Virus record (IMG/VR): IMGVR_UViG_3300033069_001204
Coordinates: 64,001 to 88,985 of that record
DNA: 24,985 nt
Strand: one strand, 5' to 3'
Source: a virus
Lineage: Duplodnaviria; Heunggongvirae; Uroviricota; Caudoviricetes
Both the position numbers and the translations under genes were made by a program. The notes beneath the pieces are model-generated. The model saw only the letters and a list, made by a program, of their open reading frames with translations, searched no databases and was not told the origin of the DNA. Numbering within the stretch: the first letter of the stretch is position 1; each line of letters opens with the position of its first letter. Below, in pieces: positions 1-9,244 of the stretch.

Positions 1-3000
1 GGAGCCGTCTATTAGAATGGTGGACTGATTGCCGGACTTGCTGAAGTAGGCGCGATGATCGCCTCCGGCCATTCTCTCCATCTCAGGAGTATTGACGAAG
101 CGGACGTTGAGGTTCCCATCCTGGACCGCCTTGGAGAAGTCGCCGTATGTGGCCATATACTTCCGGAGTCCATCATCCAAAGCCAATTCGGAGATGGGGC
201 TCGGCAGATCCATGGCGTCCGCGGCCTGGCCCAGCTTTGAAGCCATGGCCTTGAGCGCTGCTCCCTGGACTGCTGCGGCCTGCATCTTGTCTCCGAGCTT
301 TCCTGTGGACTGGAAGCTCTCCATGATATTCGACAGATGGGTGTTCGCCTTGTCCAGATTATTGGACTCCAAAGCTTCGGCGAATCTGGTGGCCATGGTC
401 TTGAGCCTGGAATTGGTGACTCCGGCCCCTTTCAGGACTTCAGGAAGCTCCTTTGGATTATCGAGCATGGCCTCCACCACTTCGCCGATATCCCTCTGCA
501 CCTTCCCGCGTGAGAAACCGCCAAGGAAGAATGCCATCCATGAGGATATCATGGAGGCTCCCAACTCATCCACGATGTTATTCACAGCCTTGCTGGAGGC
601 CGCGCCCTCCTGGGTCAGGGCATTGACTATATTCGAGTCATCGTGGAGAGCCCTGGTGACATCCGCCGCCAGGCTTCCCACTGCATTGGCTCCGGCCACG
701 GAAAGATAGGAGTCCAAGCCGGCCCTGAAGAATCCCGGTCTGGCTTTGGCAATTTCCTTGCTCGCTGTCGAGCCGGCATAATTCAAGAGGTCTGGAAGCA
801 CCTTGCTCTTGGAGAGGAATGGAGCCACCACCTTCTGGAAGGGAGTATAGTTCAAAGCGGTCTGCGCCGCGGCATTCACAGCGCCCTCGGATGCCGCCAC
901 CTGGAAGGCATCTGATGCCGCCATGCCCTGGGAAGTCAGCTTATCGAAGGCCTCATTGAAAGAGGAGCTGAATGCCTGGATTCCGGCCGGTGCCAGGAAC
1001 CCCAATTGAGTGGCCCCCATAATGGCATTGGCGGACATGCCGGCAAGCCGGGCGGCCCTTCCCACTATTCCAGCCGGAATGAGCATGGAGCCAAGCTGGA
1101 CGCCTCCAGTGGCGAGAAGGTCCACAACTCCATTCATTGAAAACTTATCGGAGCGCTGCTCCTTGGAGGGCATGAGATCGGGGCTCGTCTCCATCGCAGT
1201 GGCTATTGTCTGCTGGGCTTCCGTGGTAGCCTTTCTCAACTCCTCAGCCTCCGAAGCATCCCCCACCTTGCGGCCCAGGACATCAAGCAGCCCTCCAGGA
1301 CGATTCGTCAGCTCTCCAGGTCTGGACTCCGACTTGGCCGTTCCGGTCCCAAGCTTGTCCTCCAACCAACGGGAGCTTCTATCGAGAAGGCCTTGGGCCT
1401 TGATGAGCTTATTGCCCAGAGCCTCATGGGCGGCCGCGCTGGCGGTTCCATAGGTCTTCAAGACATCCAAGGCGACCATGGGGACGGCCTGCAGCAGACC
1501 CCTCTTCGTGGAGGCCCATGCCTGCTCATACAGGTTTCGGGACTCCGGACGATCCTTTTCAATAGAGGCGACTTCCAGGACCTGATTGGCGGTCCCTAGA
1601 AGGAATTCGGATATCTGCTTCCTCTGGTCTTCGGGAAGGCTGCGGAATGCGGGGTCCGACATGAGGGTGTGCATGCGTCCCAAGACGGACTTGCCGAACT
1701 GCTCCAGCTCTTTGGGATCAGGGACGGCGTCGTCTTCGGATGACAATAACTTCGCCGCCTTCTGGCGGATATAGACGAAAGGGCTTCCGCCTTCGCGAAC
1801 GTCCCTCCCTTCTTGTAAAGCCTTCTCGTTCTCCTCATCTATGGCCTTGCGGGCGTCCTCATCCAGAATGGACTGCTCCTCCGGAGAAAGCTTGGCATTG
1901 GGAAGAATGTCAGGAAACTCTCCCATAATTCTCTGGACGGCCTGATCCTGGCTCTCGCCTTCCTGCCGCTTGAGGCCGACAAGCGCGTGCATTGCTTCGT
2001 CCGCCCTTGCCTTGCGGTCAGGAGGAGTGTCGGCGCTGTTGGGACCATACAGCATTTCCCAGATGGCTTTCTGGAAGGCATCCGGAGTCGCTTTCTTGGC
2101 CTGGGCGCTTTTTCTCAGAGCATCGATGCGGTCGGCCTGGGCCTTTGCCTGGGCCTCCGCAGCCTTCTCCTTCTCCAATTCCGCAGGGGTCTTGACCCAT
2201 GAAGTGGGCTTGCCGGTCTCGGGATCGATATTGACGTTGTCCTGCTTGGCGAGCTCCTCCGCATTGGCCTTGATGAGATCGTCCGTCCTGGAAAGCGTCA
2301 TGCCGTTGGAGGTCTTGTATTGCTCAATGGCCTTGGCGATGTAGTCGGAGTCCGGCAACCCTTCTCCCTTCGCTCCCATGGACTCCTGCTGCTTGTGGAG
2401 ATCCTGAGCATAGGTGGTGGCCTCCTCCGGGGTCTTGAAGGTCCCAAGGCTCTTGCCCGTCCTGCGATACTGCTCAATGGCCTCCTCATTCGACATGATG
2501 CGGCCATCTTCGCTGACAGTCGGAATCAGGACTTCGCCATCCGGAGTCCCTATGCTGATTGATCGAACTGTGCTTGTGGTGCCATCCGGATTCTTGACCT
2601 GGGGCCGGTTCATTACGTCTATATTCCCCTGGGCCTGGGGAGTGACTTCGGATGGGACGACGTATGCTGGGGCTCTCTGTGCGGCGGCGGCCAGGGCCGT
2701 GTTCCTCACCCTGGCCAGCTCATCCCTCTGCCTCTCATCATCTGACTGGGCCTGACGCACGTATGTAGCATCCCTGACCTTGGATGCCAGCGTCTCAGGA
2801 GTATCTCCAGGAGCCGCCATCAATTCGGCTTTGACATCCTCTGGGAGCTCGCTGGACTCAATGAGGGCATTGTGTTCGCTGATCATGGAGTCCATGTCAG
2901 AGTCATCGAAGGAAATCATATTATCAGAGAATGGAGCCGGCTCATTAGGAGTCGGTGTTGCGGCTGGAATGGCAGGAGCGGCTGCGGCTTCTGGAATGGC

Positions 3001-4302
3001 TGGGGCAGAAGGGGCTGGAGCCTCCGCTTTCGGAGAGGGAGAGCCACCCTTTGTGGAAACGGCGCTATCCGACTTCTTCAGGGGGATTCCAAACTTCTCT
3101 TCGACCCACTCCTCTGTGGGACTGAAGCCAATATCCTTGACCGCCTTCACGTTGGCCGATATGGCGGTGAGGTCGTCAGGGGAGATATCGAAACGAAGCT
3201 CGCGTGTCCCATATCGGGCCTCTTCAAGAGGGCGAATGACCTGGTTGGTGATGGTCTCGCTGAGGAGCGAGCAGTCGCCTTTGAGAATATCCTGTCTGAC
3301 GTTCTCCTGGGCCTGTCCTTTGCTAAACCCACCTGTGGGACCGCTTGTGGCCTGCTGGCCTAGAATGAGAATGGCTGCCACCTTGTCGTGGTATTCCAGC
3401 CACTCAAGGAAGTTTCCGTTCCCGCTTCCGGTCCCGGTAGTGACGTTGAGGCTGGTTATCTCAGCGCCATTCGTGCAGACTCCGGCTCCTTGCGCTCCGA
3501 GATTGCGCAACTGGTCGACAAGCTCGGCTCTGCGAGTGGCATCCCTGAAGTCCTGCTCGCTGATCTTGCCGATAAGGAAGGGTATGCCGAACTGCTCAAG
3601 GTAGCGGGCCTTCTCCCTGGTGGCATGACTGTGATAGAAGAAAATCCAAATCAGGGACCGCATGAGGCCCATCGTGGAAGGAATGCCCAGAGTGACCATA
3701 GGAGTGTGAATGACGAACTGATGGGCTATGTTTGTCGTGATGGGGATACGGACTCCTGAAGTCACGGGGGCCAGAATGCACTGGCCATCGGGACGCCATT
3801 CCACATTCATCGGCTCGATGAGGGAGAATTCCTTAATATGGGAACGACCCTTGCCCCACACATTGGCTCCAATTGAGAAGCCCATTTCCGTAGCAGAACA
3901 CAAGTGTGCTATGAGGCGGGTGATTCCGGCATCCATGAGAATGTCGCGGACCTCATCCCTTTTATGCTGATTGTCGCCTCCCAGAATGGTCCAGTCAGTC
4001 GCAAGGACCGCCTGCTTTCTGGTCTGGATATGAGCCCTTATGACGGGGCTCTTCTCTATGACGTCCTTGAAGAGCGAGCACTGATCCCTGGAATAGCCAT
4101 ACTTGGCCGCCGAAAGGACCTTGATGATGAGAGAGGCATCTACGCGAATGTTGCCTTGCTGAAGAAGGTCGATGTATAGGTCGGTGAGGAATGAGGGATC
4201 TGCTGGCGTCGGCAGAGACAGGCCATCGACTCTTGCAGGAGAGGTGGACGATGAACGGACAAGGTCGCCATCGTGGGAAATGACATCATAGATGCTCGCC
4301 AT
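1..4302 (-). CDS. Giant protein (at least 1,434 aa, 3' end outside window): N-terminal Mu gp29/DUF935-like portal domain, Pro/Ala linker, then a large virion/ejection-protein-like region
   Basis: Hand translation from ATG at 4302 (GGAG 7 nt upstream; in-frame TGA at 4324-4326) showed no stop down to base 1, which explains its absence from the ORF track. Residues 1-~410 carry DUF935-type motifs: [92 protein letters not shown] chain of long antisense shadow ORFs in one register supports a single continuous gene. Confidence 0.85.
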   Translation of the reverse strand, partial: MASIYDVISHDGDLVRSSSTSPARVDGLSLPTPADPSFLTDLYIDLLQQGNIRVDASLIIKVLSAAKYGYSRDQCSLFKDVIEKSPVIRAHIQTRKQAVLATDWTILGGDNQHKRDEVRDILMDAGITRLIAHLCSATEMGFSIGANVWGKGRSHIKEFSLIEPMNVEWRPDGQCILAPVTSGVRIPITTNIAHQFVIHTPMVTLGIPSTMGLMRSLIWIFFYHSHATREKARYLEQFGIPFLIGKISEQDFRDATRRAELVDQLRNLGAQGAGVCTNGAEITSLNVTTGTGSGNGNFLEWLEYHDKVAAILILGQQATSGPTGGFSKGQAQENVRQDILKGDCSLLSETITNQVIRPLEEARYGTRELRFDISPDDLTAISANVKAVKDIGFSPTEEWVEEKFGIPLKKSDSAVSTKGGSPSPKAEAPAPSAPAIPEAAAAPAIPAATPTPNEPAPFSDNMISFDDSDMDSMISEHNALIESSELPEDVKAELMAAPGDTPETLASKVRDATYVRQAQSDDERQRDELARVRNTALAAAAQRAPAYVVPSEVTPQAQGNIDVMNRPQVKNPDGTTSTVRSISIGTPDGEVLIPTVSEDGRIMSNEEAIEQYRRTGKSLGTFKTPEEATTYAQDLHKQQESMGAKGEGLPDSDYIAKAIEQYKTSNGMTLSRTDDLIKANAEELAKQDNVNIDPETGKPTSWVKTPAELEKEKAAEAQAKAQADRIDALRKSAQAKKATPDAFQKAIWEMLYGPNSADTPPDRKARADEAMHALVGLKRQEGESQDQAVQRIMGEFPDILPNAKLSPEEQSILDEDARKAIDEENEKALQEGRDVREGGSPFVYIRQKAAKLLSSEDDAVPDPKELEQFGKSVLGRMHTLMSDPAFRSLPEDQRKQISEFLLGTANQVLEVASIEKDRPESRNLYEQAWASTKRGLLQAVPMVALDVLKTYGTASAAAHEALGNKLIKAQGLLDRSSRWLEDKLGTGTAKSESRPGELTNRPGGLLDVLGRKVGDASEAEELRKATTEAQQTIATAMETSPDLMPSKEQRSDKFSMNGVVDLLATGGVQLGSMLIPAGIVGRAARLAGMSANAIMGATQLGFLAPAGIQAFSSSFNEAFDKLTSQGMAASDAFQVAASEGAVNAAAQTALNYTPFQKVVAPFLSKSKVLPDLLNYAGSTASKEIAKARPGFFRAGLDSYLSVAGANAVGSLAADVTRALHDDSNIVNALTQEGAASSKAVNNIVDELGASMISSWMAFFLGGFSRGKVQRDIGEVVEAMLDNPKELPEVLKGAGVTNSRLKTMATRFAEALESNNLDKANTHLSNIMESFQSTGKLGDKMQAAAVQGAALKAMASKLGQAADAMDLPSPISELALDDGLRKYMATYGDFSKAVQDGNLNVRFVNTPEMERMAGGDHRAYFSKSGNQSTILIDGS

Positions 4303-4331
4303 AGGAATCTCCAGTAGTAGTTTTCATCTCC

Positions 4332-4359
4332 AATATAGTCCAAAAACGACAAAAATCAA
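4332..4359 (-). promoter_or_regulatory. Possible sigma70-type promoter upstream of the giant gene
   Basis: Minus strand reads TTGATT-16 nt-TATATT in a conspicuously T-rich patch of an otherwise GC-richer genome, about 30 nt upstream of ATG 4302. Confidence 0.35.
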
Positions 4360-5009
4360 TTCTTGGACAGGAGCTTACGTTTGACGGCATCGCGCCGTTC
4401 CACCACTGAGACTCCGTTCTTCAATTTGACAGTGAATACCCGATCGGCTATGTCTTCAAGTCCATGGAATTGTGTGATGATAATGAACTGCACTCCAAGC
4501 CTCCTGGAAATGGACTTGACCATCTTCCACATTGACTCCTGCAATTCAGAGCCGTTCAGATTCTTGAATGGCTCATCGAAAATAAAGACATTGCGAGTCC
4601 GATTGGTGGAGAGCAACCACATGGAAATGCGGAGCGCGAAGGATGCTATGTCGGAGGCTCCATGTCCTGACTCCTCCAACGGCTCGACCCGGAGGCCGTC
4701 ACGCTCAAAGAATACGTCGGCTTCGGTCTGCCCACGTCTTTGTGTGAACTCCACGACCACCTTATAGGGTTCAGGGAATACGGCGGCCTCGGCCATGGAG
4801 GCGAGTTCGGAGATCTGGAACTGGAGCTGCCTCTGCGTGGCTTCGGCCACCACACGGATGACTCGGGCCGCCTCGGCAATGTTCTTCGACTCAATCACCA
4901 GATTCTTCAGTGTAGACTTCGACTCCTCCAATAGCCGCTCATGGGCCTTTCTCTGGCCCATAAGCTGCATGACATTATTCCTGATCGTCTGAAGTCGTTC
5001 GTTTGGCAT
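4356..5009 (-). CDS. sbcC: SbcC/Rad50-like ABC ATPase, C-terminal half (split gene)
   Basis: Short coiled coil followed by a signature-like ESGHG, Walker B/D-loop FIFDEPF and an IIITQ switch region. No Walker A. Start placed at ATG 5009 (MPNERL; GGAGAGGG upstream) rather than the track's 5030. Confidence 0.8.
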   Translation of the reverse strand: MPNERLQTIRNNVMQLMGQRKAHERLLEESKSTLKNLVIESKNIAEAARVIRVVAEATQRQLQFQISELASMAEAAVFPEPYKVVVEFTQRRGQTEADVFFERDGLRVEPLEESGHGASDIASFALRISMWLLSTNRTRNVFIFDEPFKNLNGSELQESMWKMVKSISRRLGVQFIIITQFHGLEDIADRVFTVKLKNGVSVVERRDAVKRKLLSKN

Positions 5010-5238
5010 ATTCCCTCTCCAGACGTTCAAGACCTTTGGATAAGTCGGACTCCAGAACCTCCAACTTCGACTTCATGCCCTTCAGCTTCTTGCGCGCCTC
5101 CTCTATGGAAGAGCAGCCATATTCGGACTTGAGGACCGCCTTCAATTGCTTCAGCTCGCCCTGCTTCTCCTGGCGGCTCGCCTTGTCTTTGTCTATTCTG
5201 GCCCGCAGCGCCAGAAGCGTTTCAGTAAGATTCCCCAT
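4975..5238 (-). CDS. Small coiled-coil protein, probably part of the split SbcC complex
   Basis: 87 aa, heptad-rich Lys/Glu/Leu sequence, RBS GGGAGG, sits between sbcD and the sbcC C-half. Confidence 0.7.
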   Translation of the reverse strand: MGNLTETLLALRARIDKDKASRQEKQGELKQLKAVLKSEYGCSSIEEARKKLKGMKSKLEVLESDLSKGLERLEREYAKRTTSDDQE

Positions 5239-6058
5239 CTATTGCCTCCCATATTAGACTGCTCACTCTTGAATTGGTTGGGTTGGCCCCCAAATACTCG
5301 CGCATATTGGTCCTATAGTCCATGACTATTCGTCCCGACTTCTCCATCTTGGAAATGAACCTATCCATTCGATCATCCATCTCATCCCCCTCCTCCTTGG
5401 CATCCTCCAGGACCACGCCCTTCTCTATTGGAATCCTAATAGCGTGGACAGACGACCCATCCCAATGATAAATGGTCGGGCGGAATGCCGCCTGTATGGA
5501 AGTCATTCTCATCATGGAACCGGGATTCACTAGAAGTCTAGGCTCCCTCTCAAAGACGAAGCTTTGATGATTATCCCCTGTGATGACAAGCTGGGCCTTG
5601 GTCCTGTCCAGAATCTCATCCGCCGACTCCCCTGGAATCTTCTCCGATGGCCGGTCGTCGGGATGCCAGACGAAAGTATGAAGCATCTCCACGCCTTCAG
5701 GGCATCCTATGGATAGGTTCGGGACTCCTGATAAAATGGCGGAAAGCCGGCCATCCAGAATCTTGTCCTCCCGATGATTTGGGCAGTCATGGTTCCCAGG
5801 CTTTAGAAGAATGGGAATGCTGGACTTGAGCCTGTCGATTATCTCCGATAGGAATGTGGAGGTCGTCCTATTCTTGCAAATATGGACCAGATCCCCGGCA
5901 TGGAGAATTGCCTTGACCTTCCTGGACTTGGCGGTCTCCATAATGAAGTCCAGCTTCCTCCACTGAGCTGCCAGATAATCATCCGTCCGGCATCGTGGGG
6001 AGTCCTCCCTGAGATGGGTGTCCCCAATAATGAGCATGGAATCGGCTATGGAGAGCAT
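5222..6058 (-). CDS. sbcD: SbcD/Mre11-like metallophosphoesterase nuclease
   Basis: Calcineurin-like motifs GDTH, AGDLVH, PGNHD, HTF, TGDNH and VNPGS. Confidence 0.9.
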   Translation of the reverse strand: MLSIADSMLIIGDTHLREDSPRCRTDDYLAAQWRKLDFIMETAKSRKVKAILHAGDLVHICKNRTTSTFLSEIIDRLKSSIPILLKPGNHDCPNHREDKILDGRLSAILSGVPNLSIGCPEGVEMLHTFVWHPDDRPSEKIPGESADEILDRTKAQLVITGDNHQSFVFEREPRLLVNPGSMMRMTSIQAAFRPTIYHWDGSSVHAIRIPIEKGVVLEDAKEEGDEMDDRMDRFISKMEKSGRIVMDYRTNMREYLGANPTNSRVSSLIWEAIDGESY

Positions 6059-6645
6059 CTTCTGGGCCTCACTAGCGGCAGTTTATTTCTGATAGGTTCC
6101 CTACGCATCTGCATTATCTTCTCCTTCAGGCTCCAGACACGCATACATCCCATGTGGAGCAGGTGCCTAATTTCAGACTCCTTCAATGGAATGGCCTCCT
6201 TGCGCACGCTAGCGGCGCGGATGATCCTGGCGGCATATCTTCCGAGACGATGTTTCTCCAGATGATTATAAGGCTCCTCCCATCTGACCGCGATAATCCC
6301 TGCCTTTTCGGGGATGTTTGGATTGTCGGCCAGATGCTCCGGGACTGCAAAGAACAGTTGACGAATTGGCCCCTCCATGTGAAAGCTGTATCCCATGGCA
6401 TCCTGGTCTCCCATTACTCGCGCCCAGCGTGGCCCTTTCCTCATATCAGCCTTGATGTCGGATGCCGAGACCTTGATCTCAATCTCTTTGAGATATCCGG
6501 ATTTGCTGAGGACGACCAAGTCAGCTTCGTGGCGCAGTCCAATTCCCCATGACACGTTTGGGATGATTATGTGCTGTCTCCAATTGAACAATCTGGCGAC
6601 CGCCACCTGGACATCAGAAGCTGTGATTTTCGGGACTGAGGACAT
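6046..6645 (-). CDS. MmcB-like PD-(D/E)xK nuclease
   Basis: EADLVVLSKSGYLKEIEIKVSASDIKAD matches the D...E.EIK.S..D..AD pattern of MmcB-family proteins. Confidence 0.7.
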   Translation of the reverse strand: MSSVPKITASDVQVAVARLFNWRQHIIIPNVSWGIGLRHEADLVVLSKSGYLKEIEIKVSASDIKADMRKGPRWARVMGDQDAMGYSFHMEGPIRQLFFAVPEHLADNPNIPEKAGIIAVRWEEPYNHLEKHRLGRYAARIIRAASVRKEAIPLKESEIRHLLHMGCMRVWSLKEKIMQMRREPIRNKLPLVRPRRCSP

Positions 6646-6646
6646 T

Positions 6647-7102
6647 CTATTTCCTTTTGGAATCCTGTTCCCTGATTATCTTCCTGGCATCCTCGTAGTC
6701 CTTTTTGGAACCTCCTGGGATACATATTGCGAAATGCTCTTTCACCGGGACATGCTCGGCGTCTGATGAGTCATAATGGCTCAATGGATGCTCATCGTTG
6801 TGGAATTCTATTAGACAAAAGTTCGCCACGTCTACAAGAAGCTGCCTATTCCCGGTCCTGGAATACTCAGCAAGGCGCTTCAAGCTGGCATCCACGTAAT
6901 CGTATTTTGGCTTGTTCGGATCCTCCAGCCTGCCATATCGAATAGCTCCCATCAGTAAACAGGCTCTCATCTTGGATTCAAACTCTGGGCACCACTCAGT
7001 CTTCCTCAAGACGTCTATGGCGTAGTCAGCCTCCAGTTTTCTGGAAGAAGCCATGCCACAGTTATCAAGAAGCCGCTTCCTCAGATGCTCGGATACCGTC
7101 AT
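6647..7102 (-). CDS. Conserved phage all-alpha protein, possibly dATP/dGTP diphosphohydrolase-like
   Basis: MGAIRYG...YDYVDASLKRLAEY..TGN...LVDVANFCLIEF resembles the GA.KYG...Y.DA..RHL core of phage dATP/dGTP diphosphohydrolase N-terminal domains, but the RH pair is KR here. Confidence 0.4.
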   Translation of the reverse strand: MTVSEHLRKRLLDNCGMASSRKLEADYAIDVLRKTEWCPEFESKMRACLLMGAIRYGRLEDPNKPKYDYVDASLKRLAEYSRTGNRQLLVDVANFCLIEFHNDEHPLSHYDSSDAEHVPVKEHFAICIPGGSKKDYEDARKIIREQDSKRK

Positions 7103-7773
7103 GGAAGCACTTCCACATCATCGAATATTATTGGGACAAGGAGCCGGAAGTCGGAAAGAAGAGGGAGCATCAAAGCTCTCATCTGGGGATGGGCGGCTGG
7201 GGCAGTCCTGAGAGCGAAGATATGCCTCCATTCCCGGAAGTTGGCAGTCACGACGATCTCAGTCTTGACAGAGTTGTTAAGGACTTGGCGGGCTTCTTGG
7301 GGCTGGGCATCGTGATGAATCATGTCTTTGTATGTGCGCTCTGACTCTTTACAAGAACGATACCAAAATCCAGACTTGCCATCTCGAATCACGACCATCT
7401 CGCGGTCCGCCGATGCCATGGCAGCGTCGATATTGACGATATCGTCTTGAGGGAGGACTAACCAAACCGGCTTGATGAATTCCATGTCTCCATCATACTT
7501 GACGTATCTGGTGCTCTCCTGCGCAAATGACGCCAGCCGGTGTCTGACCAATTCATGAGAGACTCCCCGATCTGTCACGAATCTGACAGTCGCCATGGCA
7601 TGCTCTAGCATGGCTTCATGACCTCTTTTGATCAGTTTGGTTATCAGCATCTCCGCTGAGCCATCAGCTATACGCCCCTCGCTTTTATAGCAGGTCCGGG
7701 CAGCCCTCTCAATCAACAGAAGGGGCTCTGGCGTCATGGACTCTATCTTGTGGGACTGTTCTATGATCTTCAT
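7099..7773 (-). CDS. thyX: Flavin-dependent thymidylate synthase
   Basis: ThyX signature SHELVRHRLASFAQESTRY, plus EARQVL and NFREWRH. Confidence 0.95.
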   Translation of the reverse strand: MKIIEQSHKIESMTPEPLLLIERAARTCYKSEGRIADGSAEMLITKLIKRGHEAMLEHAMATVRFVTDRGVSHELVRHRLASFAQESTRYVKYDGDMEFIKPVWLVLPQDDIVNIDAAMASADREMVVIRDGKSGFWYRSCKESERTYKDMIHHDAQPQEARQVLNNSVKTEIVVTANFREWRHIFALRTAPAAHPQMRALMLPLLSDFRLLVPIIFDDVEVLP

Positions 7774-8192
7774 TTCTTCTCTCCCATGAGGGACCAGCCT
7801 TTGACATTGCCGCCTGGAATTATAAGCTCCTTTCCAGGCTTCGGAGGCTCGACCTTCTTCACCTCAGAGACGAATGTGGCGATGCTCACTCCCATTCCCG
7901 GACAACCATCATCGGCCATCTCAGCCAAGGCCTGGCAAATGGAATCCTCAAGGCTTTTGGCACAGGCCAGCCATCCCTTTATTCCGGAGGCCCTATGGAA
8001 TAGGATGGTCTTGTATGGGACCGGACAGCAATTATGGACTTGGACGCCGACTCCGACCTGGGTCAGGGTGAATATAACTTGGACCTTGCCGTCCAGATCA
8101 AAGATCATCTGCTTGTTCTGCGGTCCGAGATAATGGCCCTCCACGCTGAAGGACAACGCGCCGTCCTGGGTCTTGGACATTTCGATGTTCAT
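7770..8192 (-). CDS. Hypothetical protein
   Basis: Fills the gap between sbcC-N and thyX, with a 4-nt overlap of the thyX start. Start moved to ATG 8192 (AAGGAG upstream). No recognised motif. Confidence 0.7.
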   Translation of the reverse strand: MNIEMSKTQDGALSFSVEGHYLGPQNKQMIFDLDGKVQVIFTLTQVGVGVQVHNCCPVPYKTILFHRASGIKGWLACAKSLEDSICQALAEMADDGCPGMGVSIATFVSEVKKVEPPKPGKELIIPGGNVKGWSLMGEKK

Positions 8193-8200
8193 AATACTCC

Positions 8201-9244
8201 TTATTTTGGTTTTCCACACAATGGACATTTTTCAGGCATGAGCTTCTTCAAGCGAAGCTCGGCATCCACTATCTCTGAATCCAAAGACACGATTCCAGCC
8301 TCCATAAGTTCGATTCTCGAAATGAGGCTTTCAAGCTTCTCAGATTCCGGACTCATGCTTTTCATGGCCTTGTTCTTGGACTCCAAAGCCACGAGTCTGG
8401 AGCCGATATCCTCCAGAGAATCCCAATTGGATATCGCCTCTTCAGCCTCATCCATGGAATCCAAGTGAATGGCCAGGGCCTTCACGGATCTCCGCAAGGC
8501 TGTGCGGTCCCGATCCATGGACTCCAAAGAGGATAGGCTGGCATCCATTCTTTCCACATAAGCCGACTCAGCCATGGACAGATCAATGGAGTCCAGATGG
8601 CGCGTTATCCTATCCATTCCATTGATGGATTCCCTCAGCCCCGTAATGGCGAGGTCCTTGGACTCCAGAGCCTCCAGATCCGACACCATGTCATCCAAGA
8701 ATTCCAATGACTCCAGAGCGCTCTTCGCTTTGGCGCAGTCCTGCTCGGCATACTTCTGTCGTTCGGAATTCTTCTTGCCGGCATTCTGTATCCATTTTAT
8801 GGAAGAGTCAATGACAGTGAGGTCAGCGACCTCATTGATCATCTTGGCAATCTGCCCAGGAGTGGAGGATAGCAGGAAATGCGGAGAGGATTGGACGGAG
8901 TGGTTCAGGGGTCCCATATTGAGAATATTGGACACGTCCTCCGGGACTCCCTGGTTCAAGGCGGTCAGAGGCTCCTCATCATTGATGACGTAGTTGTCGT
9001 TCTTCCCCACATTCCGGACAATGGTGTCCCCCTCCTCTACAGTCAGGGCGAGACGGCAGGATGAACAGTCCCGATTGATGAACCTGGCGGATGATGGCCG
9101 ATTCTGCTCCACCTTGCGAATTGCCCGGTCTAGGGAGGACTTCCCGGAGTCCGAGATGCCAAGGACGGCATTGACTCCAGGATGGAACACAAACCGGGAA
9201 TTCTTATGTGACTGGAATCCCACTATATCAATCGACTTCAGCAT
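8201..9244 (-). CDS. sbcC: SbcC/Rad50-like ABC ATPase, N-terminal half ending in the zinc hook
   Basis: MLKSIDIVGFQSH, Walker A GISDSGKS, Q-loop region HSVQ, long coiled coil, terminal CPLCG. ATG 9244 overlaps the resolvase stop (TGATG). Confidence 0.88.
   Translation of the reverse strand: MLKSIDIVGFQSHKNSRFVFHPGVNAVLGISDSGKSSLDRAIRKVEQNRPSSARFINRDCSSCRLALTVEEGDTIVRNVGKNDNYVINDEEPLTALNQGVPEDVSNILNMGPLNHSVQSSPHFLLSSTPGQIAKMINEVADLTVIDSSIKWIQNAGKKNSERQKYAEQDCAKAKSALESLEFLDDMVSDLEALESKDLAITGLRESINGMDRITRHLDSIDLSMAESAYVERMDASLSSLESMDRDRTALRRSVKALAIHLDSMDEAEEAISNWDSLEDIGSRLVALESKNKAMKSMSPESEKLESLISRIELMEAGIVSLDSEIVDAELRLKKLMPEKCPLCGKPK

Noticed and set aside
230-1010. Apparent frameshifts in the giant ORF near 240 and 1000
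   Set aside because: Rechecking the bases showed the frame is continuous ([16 protein letters not shown]); these were my reading slips.
4286-4327. 13-codon [16 protein letters not shown] overlapping the giant gene start
   Set aside because: Too short to support, and its GGAG abuts the ATG. A leaderless uORF cannot be excluded but there is no evidence for it.
4140-4352. 70-aa minus-strand ORF with TTG start
   Set aside because: It is out of frame inside the first part of the giant gene, which has the better RBS and recognisable motifs.
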